Assembly (NCBI GenBank): GCA_009859145.1
Contig: VRVR01000037.1
Location: 256,451 to 278,105, forward strand
Length of the DNA: 21,655 nt
Source: Andalucia godoyi And28
Lineage: Eukaryota; Protista; Jakobida
Direction of reading: 5' to 3'
The position numbers were made by a program, and so were the translations under genes. A model generated the notes under the pieces. It ran no database searches. It was not told where the DNA came from and saw only the letters and a program-made list of their open reading frames with translations. Shown one piece after another: positions 9,760 through 17,501 of this stretch (within the stretch, counting starts at the first letter, position 1; every line of letters starts with the position of its first letter).

Positions 9760-10393
9760 TTTTTGTGCACTCGAGAATCAGACGTGCAGTCCTCCTTGAA
9801 GATGTTGCAGTACGTTCTTGATAATGAGCTGTGCGACCATGTGGTTTTCGTTCCCCATGCTCTCCGCTGTTTCAAACGAATTCGACACCAAAACACAATC
9901 TGACGCCGACAAACCGATAATATTGAAATCGTACTCGCGGGTTCTTCTCCCATTCAATTCCAGCCGTGTTGAGCATGACCTGGAAATCGTGCAGAGGCTT
10001 CGCAGCACTGTGGACTTTCTGCAACGCTGCTTTCCATCGGATCACATGGACCTGGTACTTGTGAATAACAAATTCGCTCCACTGCAGGAACTTTGCGTTC
10101 ATTTTCTTGCCCGTGAATGCATGCGGACAGTGCCGTTTCCATTGGGAAGTTTGCAGGCGCCAGGATCGTAGTATCCTGATCTCTGCTGTCTGCAGCTTGA
10201 GCACGCACCGGCGTACCATTTTGAAGGGGATGTGGCAATTCCGGTCGGCGAGAACCAACGTTTGGTAGCGCGCTGCTATCGCCCTTGGTCAGTTGCGGAC
10301 ACAGGCTTTTTCAACGTCAGATTGGGCGATGGCAGGCAGCTCGTAAATACATTGTTCAATCGTTCTCAAAAAACAGAAAACTATCTCCGCTGA
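9760..10393 (+). pseudogene. interrupted gene, possibly NadD/NMNAT-like nucleotidyltransferase (one frameshift plus an in-frame TAG)
   Basis: One frame reads MLQYVLDNELCDHVVFVP. Removing one C from CCCC at 9853-9856 joins it to MLSAVSNEF...SRVEHDLEIVQRLRSTVDFLQRCFPSDHMDLVL. After TAG 10169-10171 the frame continues 73 codons to TGA 10391-10393. The spacing resembles the recalled NadD consensus, but no HxGH motif was found. Confidence 0.35.
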
Positions 10394-10496
10394 CGTTTAT
10401 TGGAAGCGTGCTTACTGATGCCCATTGGCAGTGAATAATGCTCGGCTAGCATGAAGTCCGGACCTAATTTAGAACGACAGAAAAAGAATCAACACA

Positions 10497-11381
10497 CTAG
10501 GCCATCTTCTTGGAAACAATGACGTAGCCGATTGTCTCATTGTTGGTATTTCGCAGAATCAGTCGATCACGAAATCGTATTGGACGCGACAGCTTCAAAA
10601 CCACTTCAACTTTCGGAGTCTTCGATGCATGCACAAACGTGACGATTGCTTTCGAAGGCAACCGAAACTTTGCAAATTCAAACATCGCCTCCTCGCCGAA
10701 AGAATGGCACACTCCAGTATAGCCAGCTGTGAACAGTTCTTCGACAAAGAATCGTAGCTCCCCGCGGATCACATCTCCCTCCGAGACTTCCACAGATGAA
10801 GGGACGGCTGGCAGAACAGAATTCATTGCTGCCCACAGCTCGGAAACACCCTTGTCTTCAAATGAGTCCACGTGGAAGACAGACGCGCTGAATCCAACAG
10901 CACGAAGATACTTTTTCAAATCGTCTTCGTCGTTGGAGGCCGGCATCCCGCTTCCCACTTTTGTCCAAACCACAATCAAATCCTTGATACCCGTTGAGCG
11001 TATCAGCTTCAGATACTCCTTCACCTCACCCAAGCGAAATCCAGAATGAAATTCGTCGCTTTTTGATGATACACACAGAATTCCACAAGAAATATCTGCA
11101 GCAGTCAGCGCTTGCAGGAACTCGCGAATGAACATTTTGTGTCCTGGCGTGTCAAACAACTCAATGTTAGGTCCTATTTCTGTGCGGCTCCATTCAAAAG
11201 TCTTGTTACGTGAACGTTCCTCTTCAAACGTATCCAGCAGCTGTCCAAGCCAGTTATTTGGAGACTCCAACTTTCTCTTCTCTACCTCGTGAGCGTCGGT
11301 TGACCCGTAGTTGACTAGCAGTCTACCGCACAGCGTGCTTTTCCCATGATCAACGTGCCCCGTCAAAAGAAACCGCTTCAT
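10497..11381 (-). CDS. divergent eRF3/HBS1-like translational GTPase lacking domain II, 294 aa
   Basis: G1 is GHVDHGKST, G2 is EERSRNKT and G3 is DTPGHKMF (compare eRF3 DAPGHKMY). The eRF3-like SSKSDEFHSGF segment is present. The C-terminal about 100 aa match domain III (AGYTGVCH..GEE; DRLILRN..TIG). Confidence 0.85.
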   Translation of the reverse strand: MKRFLLTGHVDHGKSTLCGRLLVNYGSTDAHEVEKRKLESPNNWLGQLLDTFEEERSRNKTFEWSRTEIGPNIELFDTPGHKMFIREFLQALTAADISCGILCVSSKSDEFHSGFRLGEVKEYLKLIRSTGIKDLIVVWTKVGSGMPASNDEDDLKKYLRAVGFSASVFHVDSFEDKGVSELWAAMNSVLPAVPSSVEVSEGDVIRGELRFFVEELFTAGYTGVCHSFGEEAMFEFAKFRLPSKAIVTFVHASKTPKVEVVLKLSRPIRFRDRLILRNTNNETIGYVIVSKKMA

Positions 11382-11383
11382 CG

Positions 11384-11404
11384 TTATTTAAATTAATTAA
11401 AATA
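11384..11404 (-). promoter_or_regulatory. 21-nt pure A/T leader directly upstream of the GTPase start codon
   Basis: The minus strand reads TATTTTAATTAATTTAAATAA-CG-ATG. Confidence 0.4.
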
Positions 11405-11475
11405 CGTCAAGCGTAATTCATCACGTAAAAATAAAGGCAGAAATGGCGAATGAAACGCGCGCAAGTCTTGGGTGA

Positions 11476-11537
11476 GCACAACATCGCACAAACATCGCGC
11501 AAACATCGCACAACATCGCACAACATCGCACAACACC
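11476..11537. repeat. tandem repeat, six 10-11 nt copies of GCACAACATC
   Basis: Units in order: GCACAACATC, GCACAAACATC, GCGCAAACATC, GCACAACATC, GCACAACATC, GCACAACACC. Confidence 0.9.
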
Positions 11538-11767
11538 CGCCAATTACGATCAATGCTTCCAGTGTGCAGAGAGGCGTGTGCTCTTCGGAGTTTGAAAAGT
11601 CCGGAGGTGCCGCATCAATCTCGGTCGATGTCGTTTTTTGGTCGACATGTGTCAACAAGCTTTCCGCAGCTGGGAACGATGGGCTGCCCCATCCCACCAT
11701 CCATTGCACAAAATTCGGAGTTTCCTGTGCATTTCCACGTTTTCTTCGACTCCCAGCCTTGCATCCC

Positions 11768-14700
11768 ATGAAGTTCGTTGCCTGGCCCCTGCTTTGGTTT
11801 CTCCTTATATTTTCTTCGACATGTTGCATTGTCTGCTGCGGCCCCGCAAAGATCCCGTTTGACGGAAGAATCGGTTTGCTGTCTTCAAGCGTCGTGCAGC
11901 CGCTCAAACAGCAGCTGTTGCGGGATCGTGTTGGCACTCATTCTTTGCCATCCTTGGATGCGACGCGGTGGATGTTGCACACCACTGTGAGAAACGCGAG
12001 TTGGTGGTCAGATTTGGAACGACAGTTCGAAGCATCGATTTTTGGAATGCTGGAAGAAAGCATTTTTGGCTTTGCGACGGGGCTGGCGAATCGACTTCAG
12101 CAGTTGGAAGCAGTCGATGCGACCGTGACAGCTGCGAATAAGCAACCGAGCGAACATCCGATTCCATCTGCCAAATATCACCAGAAACCGAAAATAGGCC
12201 GATCGGCGTATCGTGATCGAGTCTTGAGCGTCATTGGTGAACAATGCCCTGGAAGGAAGCTGGATCGACAGGGACAGTTACGTGAACTTCCCATAAATGT
12301 TCACAACCTGCAATTCGTGAATGGAAATAGCGATGCGTTCCCTGTGGATGCGATACGGTCATCCAATTCTATATCATATGATCAGGATTGCGCTGTACTT
12401 GTTGATTTGTACACAAGTACTGACGGTCCCAAATGGCAGCCGATCAACTGGGGATCGACTCTCCCACTGAATTTCTCGACAGCATGTTGCTCTCCGCCGC
12501 TTGGTGGATATTCTTGTGATACTGTAACTGGAAGGGTTACGCTTTTAGATCTGCACACCAATCATCTGAATGGGACGATTCCGGCTTCGTTGGGCGAATT
12601 GCTGCAACTTCAGATCTTAGATCTGAGCTCGAATTTCGTGGCCGGACCGATCCCGTCTTCTCTTGGGAGCCTCTCACAACTTCGTGGCCTGGACTTGTCT
12701 TGCAACCAACTGATCGGATCGATCCCAGAGTCTTTTCGAAATCTCGTTCAGCTTGAGGTGTTGGATCTGAGCTTAAACAGCCTCTCGGGGCCCTTGCCAG
12801 CTTCGCTGAGTCAGCTGGTCCAGCTTCGATATCTGAGTCTTTTTCATAATCAGATTGGGGGTTCTATTCCGGGAACATTGGACAATCTCCGGAGCTTGTA
12901 TCACTTGGATTTGGGTTCCAATGTTCTAAATGGGTCTATTCCAGAGTCCTTGTGGGGCTTGGTGGGATTGCACGTGTTATGCATCAATTTCAATCGCCTC
13001 AATGGATCCATTTCCTCCTCCGTGGGCAATCTAGTACAGCTTCGCAATTTCTATTTGGATTTCAATCAGTTGACGGGAGCCATACCTTCATCGATCTGTG
13101 ACCTTCGATATCTTCTTCAATTGGAGTTGTCCATTAATCGATTGACCGGGCCGATTCCAGCGTGCATAGGGCACATGTCGCAATTGCAATATTTGGAACT
13201 CAATTCAAACCATTTATCAGGACCTTTGCCCGAGTCTATTGGGAACCTGTCGCAGTTGATTTATCTGGATGCCCACTCTAACGACCTCACAGGACCGATT
13301 CCAGATTGTCTTGGTAACGTTTCTTTGCTTCAGTATTTGGGTCTTGATTCAAATGCATTCACAGGGCCAATTCCTGCGTCTTTGGGCAAGTTATCGCGAC
13401 TTTTGATTCTGGATTTGAGTTCCAATCGCCTGACGGGTTTGATTCCAGAGGCGCTGGGTAACCTATGGCAGTTGCAGTACTTGTTCTTGCAATTCAACAG
13501 TTTGAGTGGCAGCATTCCACATAGTCTTGGCTCTCTGTCAGATCTTTTATATTTGGAGCTCTATGCAAACCAACTCAATGGATCGGTTCCAGCGTCACTT
13601 GGCAGCTTGGCACAGCTGTCGGTTTTGTGTTTGTATTCTAACCAACTCACAGGATCTATTCCTGCAACATTGGGCGAGTTGACACAGCTTGTGCTTTTGG
13701 ACTTGCATTCCAACCTGTTGAACGGTTCCATTCCGACTTCGTTGGGCAACTTGGTGCTTCTCGAGTCTCTGTTTTTGAACGACAATCAGCTGTCAGGAGA
13801 GTTGAGTTGCGGATCTTTAAGTCAGCATTTGATAACTGTGAACCTGCAAGGGAACAAATTTGAGGGTCCCATTCCGGCTTGCTTTTGCTATTTTGATAGA
13901 CTGCAATCTGCTTTCTTGGGAAAGAACAATATTACTTCTGTACCGGCTTGCGCTTTGCCTTCGCTAGTTCAGTTGGATCTTTCCAGTAATCGCATACCCA
14001 CATTTCCTTTTGAATTGATATCCGACTTCTCGTCTCTGATATCCCTTGACCTCAGTTATAACCAGTTCGCTGGAAGTTTCCCGGTGAATGTGTTTGTTAC
14101 TCCGTTGCCACTGCGGTCGCTTTCTCTCGCCTATAATAACTTTGCGGACGCATTCCCGCTGTACTTTTGCAATTATTTACTACCGGACGGGTCACTTGTG
14201 TCCACATCATCAAATCTAGAAACGCTGGATCTCTCCGGAAACGAAATCACGTCGATTCCAGGAGTGCTCGATTTCTCGACTTGCGAAATATGCGCGTCTA
14301 CAGCATATGATTCGCTGACTACGATCAAATTGACGGACACCAAACTGCCCTCTTCATTTCCTGGATTGTCGTTTGAAATCGCACCAGGTACCCCTTGTTC
14401 TCTCGCCGCCTATCCCTTTTTTGGGGTGCTTCCTTTTTTTGTGGGACTTTCTTCTTTGGATCTCGCCGCCAATGATCTTTCGGAAGGGCTTGATTTTGTG
14501 TTTTCCGTTCCATTGTTGTCGTTTGTTGACATTCGAAATAATTCTCATGCAAGAAAATCTGAGCTGTCTCTCACTTATCAGCAGCAATTCTCGTTTGATC
14601 CAACTACAAGTTATCCTTATAGCACTAACATGTCGTGCGTGCAAGCTGTGGTGGGGCGCCTCGCATTTCAGGCGGATCCCGTGTTTTTTGACTATGAGAA

Positions 14701-16162
14701 CTGCGTCTGTCGACCAGGATTCTACGGGAAGCCTCCGCAGTGCTTACCGTGCTTGCCCAATGCCATCTGCTCGTTTGGCAACGAAGCCGACATTCCTTAT
14801 GACAATATGACGTTGGCGTTCGCAGAGAGTGGCAATGTAATTGCCCAAGTCGGATATTACGCATCTCCACCAGTGACATTTGAGCAAATGATGAACAACA
14901 AATCGTATCCGAAAGTGATTGAAATTTGTGCACTTGCTGGAACGGACCTGACTGCATGCGATGGCAGCCGAGATGGATTCTGCAAACAAGGATACGAAGG
15001 ACGATTATGTTCGGGATGCTCATCTGGTTATTTTCGCACCGGCGACCGTTGTTTCTCGTGTCCTGATCCGGTGGCGCTCGTATTCTTTGGCATTTTCGTT
15101 CTGCTTGTTGTGATTGGCTTGTTCGTGTGGTCGTTTTTCATAGGTTCCTCCTCATCTTCTGGACTCTTGAAAATATTCCTTTTCTTTTGGCAAGCCTTGT
15201 TCTTCATTCGAACTCCGATGCCATCTGGATTGTACGTTTTCACGCATGGGTCATCCTCGGCATCCACCTTGATTCTTGCTGGACCAGAGTGTTTTTTCCG
15301 CAACTGGACAGACACTTCGAATTTTATACTCGCTGTATGCGCACCGGTCTGTGCGGTGGCAGTCGTTTTCTGCATTTGGGTCATTGGATTGCTTCGACTT
15401 CGATCAGTCTCCCCTCAAGTTCGACATAAGTGGATGGACAAATGCTTTCGATCTTCGATTTTCTGGTATTTGTTTCTTTTCATGTCTGCTGTCTCTGCCG
15501 CACTTGCGCAACTGTCCTGCGTAACGGACCCTGGTGAGGACAAGTCGTATCTTTTATTCCATCCAAATGAAGAGTGCTCTCCTTCCTTACAAGTCATATC
15601 TTCGATTGTCGTCGTGTTTTACGCCGTGCTGATTCCAGCGTTCTTGTCATATCTGGTGTGGAACAGCGGGGCGCTGTCCGATGTCTCCAGCAGTGATCCG
15701 CGGGAAATGTACGTCTGTTCGCTCATTTTTCGTTCGTACCGTCCTTCTAGAAGATGGTGGGAACTTGTCGTAACGCTTCGGCGCATGCTATTCGTGCTTG
15801 CATTCGTTACAATCTCTCCGCTTTCCGAGTATCGAATATTCCTGGTATCAAGCGTACTGGTGGCCTCGGGAATTGTTCAAGCAATGGCAGCTCCGTATCA
15901 GCATCCTATGGGAAACTCAATGGAGATCATTTCTCTCGGGATTCTTTTGGTCAATCTAGTGTGTTCCGTGCAATCGCAAGTTTTGGCTGTGGAAGACGTT
16001 GATGGAGTAGGCACTATGGTGTTTTTACTGAACACAGGATTTTCAGCTGTTCTAATTACAATGCTTGCTTCGCACTTTCGACAAAGATGGCAAAAACAGA
16101 CCAATTGGGAAGTTTCGGAATCGCTTTCAGAGAACTTTCTGGAGCCGACTGAAGCGCTTTAG
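11768..16162 (+). CDS. leucine-rich-repeat, Cys-rich, multi-pass membrane receptor-like protein, 1464 aa
   Basis: Signal peptide MKFVAWPLLWFLLIFSSTCCIVCC and LRR N-cap DCAVLVDLYTSTDGPKW. About 19 regular 24-aa LxxLxLxxNxLxGxIP repeats plus about 8 irregular ones. Cys-rich stalk (CVCRPGFYG..CLPC; CKQGYEGRLCSGCSSGYF..C) followed by about 7-9 hydrophobic segments with Y....WWE.V...RR and PY....N..E motifs. No kinase domain. Confidence 0.9.
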   Translation: MKFVAWPLLWFLLIFSSTCCIVCCGPAKIPFDGRIGLLSSSVVQPLKQQLLRDRVGTHSLPSLDATRWMLHTTVRNASWWSDLERQFEASIFGMLEESIFGFATGLANRLQQLEAVDATVTAANKQPSEHPIPSAKYHQKPKIGRSAYRDRVLSVIGEQCPGRKLDRQGQLRELPINVHNLQFVNGNSDAFPVDAIRSSNSISYDQDCAVLVDLYTSTDGPKWQPINWGSTLPLNFSTACCSPPLGGYSCDTVTGRVTLLDLHTNHLNGTIPASLGELLQLQILDLSSNFVAGPIPSSLGSLSQLRGLDLSCNQLIGSIPESFRNLVQLEVLDLSLNSLSGPLPASLSQLVQLRYLSLFHNQIGGSIPGTLDNLRSLYHLDLGSNVLNGSIPESLWGLVGLHVLCINFNRLNGSISSSVGNLVQLRNFYLDFNQLTGAIPSSICDLRYLLQLELSINRLTGPIPACIGHMSQLQYLELNSNHLSGPLPESIGNLSQLIYLDAHSNDLTGPIPDCLGNVSLLQYLGLDSNAFTGPIPASLGKLSRLLILDLSSNRLTGLIPEALGNLWQLQYLFLQFNSLSGSIPHSLGSLSDLLYLELYANQLNGSVPASLGSLAQLSVLCLYSNQLTGSIPATLGELTQLVLLDLHSNLLNGSIPTSLGNLVLLESLFLNDNQLSGELSCGSLSQHLITVNLQGNKFEGPIPACFCYFDRLQSAFLGKNNITSVPACALPSLVQLDLSSNRIPTFPFELISDFSSLISLDLSYNQFAGSFPVNVFVTPLPLRSLSLAYNNFADAFPLYFCNYLLPDGSLVSTSSNLETLDLSGNEITSIPGVLDFSTCEICASTAYDSLTTIKLTDTKLPSSFPGLSFEIAPGTPCSLAAYPFFGVLPFFVGLSSLDLAANDLSEGLDFVFSVPLLSFVDIRNNSHARKSELSLTYQQQFSFDPTTSYPYSTNMSCVQAVVGRLAFQADPVFFDYENCVCRPGFYGKPPQCLPCLPNAICSFGNEADIPYDNMTLAFAESGNVIAQVGYYASPPVTFEQMMNNKSYPKVIEICALAGTDLTACDGSRDGFCKQGYEGRLCSGCSSGYFRTGDRCFSCPDPVALVFFGIFVLLVVIGLFVWSFFIGSSSSSGLLKIFLFFWQALFFIRTPMPSGLYVFTHGSSSASTLILAGPECFFRNWTDTSNFILAVCAPVCAVAVVFCIWVIGLLRLRSVSPQVRHKWMDKCFRSSIFWYLFLFMSAVSAALAQLSCVTDPGEDKSYLLFHPNEECSPSLQVISSIVVVFYAVLIPAFLSYLVWNSGALSDVSSSDPREMYVCSLIFRSYRPSRRWWELVVTLRRMLFVLAFVTISPLSEYRIFLVSSVLVASGIVQAMAAPYQHPMGNSMEIISLGILLVNLVCSVQSQVLAVEDVDGVGTMVFLLNTGFSAVLITMLASHFRQRWQKQTNWEVSESLSENFLEPTEAL

Positions 16163-16510
16163 TTAAACTGACGAACGCCTAAACATACCTCTGATTAATC
16201 TGAATGGTCTTAGACCTCTGACTTCCAGTTTTTGTTGGCGCAACTGCGAATAATGTTGGTAAGCGCCAGCTCAACAGACTCGGTGAACACGAATATCAAA
16301 CACATCGAACATGTCTGGCAGTTCATGAGGGAAGGAAAGACAGGGATAACCTGTGGAATGTGGAATCGTATCAGTCATCATGGTACTGCGCGACTTCTGT
16401 GCAGTGGAAATTGCACCTCACCATGGTGTCCTTCAGAGGAAGAATCAGTGACCGCTTCATGAACGGCACTTCTTTCGAAATTCTTTTTTATATATACATT
16501 TCCTTTTTTA

Positions 16511-16586
16511 TTTTAAGTTTTAAGTTTTAAGTTTTAATTTAATTTAATTTAATTTAATTTAATTTAATTTAATTTAATTTTTTTTT
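16511..16586. repeat. compound AT-rich repeat (TTTTAAG)3-T-(TTTAA)9-T9
   Basis: Read directly; followed by GCAG at 16587-16590. Confidence 0.9.
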
Positions 16587-16687
16587 GCAGTGCGTCATCT
16601 GTCTAAAAAAACTGTTGGAGTGGAAATCACAATGTTGGCAGGGAACACGGAACCAATGAGATCGCAGGGAAATGCGAGCATTTCCCC

Positions 16688-17386
16688 TTGATGAAAATAC
16701 GAATCACTCGAAGCACAATGCAGTCCTGCTGCCTGAATTACAAAAGGATAGCCGCGAACCAATTTCTGCTCGTATGGATGAGCGCTACTGCTAAGACACG
16801 GAAAGCGGTTTTTGTATGCAGACTGTCCCCTTATGGACTTCTTGTGCGCAAGAGACAAGCAGTGCGAAGCATGGGGCACCAGCATTGCGCTTCGTTCTGC
16901 CGAGACGTCGAATTTTATAAGAGAAGGATCCGCGCTCGACAAGGGGAGGTCGATTCTTATTTTGTTCCCAAAGCCATGCATTTTTCGTATGCAGCAAGAG
17001 TTTACAAGTTTGGCAGATATTCGTACTTTTGGGTTTCCAGCGTTGGATTGACAGCGGCAATAATAATCAATTTCACAAAGATCCTTCGCGTTGTTCTTCT
17101 TCTAACGGATGCCCACAAACAGGCCGCCAAGGCTTCTTCAAAACCCGGCAGCGCATTATGTCCGATCAGTCGAGCGGCAAATGGTTTGCAATACGCTCGA
17201 TCGGAGTTTATGCTGGACAAGCACATGTCTTTTTTGGTTCTACCCTCAGCGCACTGCCGCATGCTGGTGATACAAAGATTCTACATGCACACCCAAACAC
17301 ACTCGCGCTTGAGAGAACCCACTTCCTGGTCACGGGTAACGAATTATTTTGCACTGATCGGCACGAATCCAGTGATGGAGACATGA
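16688..17386 (+). CDS. hypothetical ORF (232 aa), coding status and strand uncertain
   Basis: The frame is open for about 260 codons (16607-17386), long for intergenic DNA. It is basic, has no recognisable motif, and the in-register antisense frame 16595-17100 is also open. Confidence 0.25.
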   Translation: MMKIRITRSTMQSCCLNYKRIAANQFLLVWMSATAKTRKAVFVCRLSPYGLLVRKRQAVRSMGHQHCASFCRDVEFYKRRIRARQGEVDSYFVPKAMHFSYAARVYKFGRYSYFWVSSVGLTAAIIINFTKILRVVLLLTDAHKQAAKASSKPGSALCPISRAANGLQYARSEFMLDKHMSFLVLPSAHCRMLVIQRFYMHTQTHSRLREPTSWSRVTNYFALIGTNPVMET

Positions 17387-17419
17387 AAAACACGCACTGT
17401 TGGTACTTTCGAGATATCA

Positions 17420-17420
<1 letters not shown>

Positions 17421-17460
<40 letters not shown>
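17421..17460. repeat. (CCCTGT)6 hexamer repeat
   Basis: Read directly; it gives the PVPVPV run in ORF 17029-17502. Confidence 0.95.
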
Positions 17461-17481
17461 CTCTGCCCCTCTTTCTGTCTT

Positions 17482-17501
17482 TATATATATATATATATAT
17501 A
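17482..17501. repeat. (TA)10 microsatellite
   Basis: Read directly from the sequence. Confidence 0.9.

Noticed and set aside
9335-9799. 154-aa ORF in frame with 9818-10171, suggesting a long readthrough protein
   Set aside because: Its translation is not protein-like, and the protein-like signal at 9760-9856 is in a different frame.
11476-11537. CRISPR-like array
   Set aside because: Units are 10-11 nt and adjacent, with no spacers and no cas genes, in a eukaryotic context.
11450-11767. ATG 11450 extension of the LRR gene
   Set aside because: It runs through the tandem repeat, and the signal peptide begins at ATG 11768.
17421-17460. Interstitial telomere
   Set aside because: CCCTGT differs from CCCTAA-type repeats, there are only six copies, and this organism's telomere unit is unknown.
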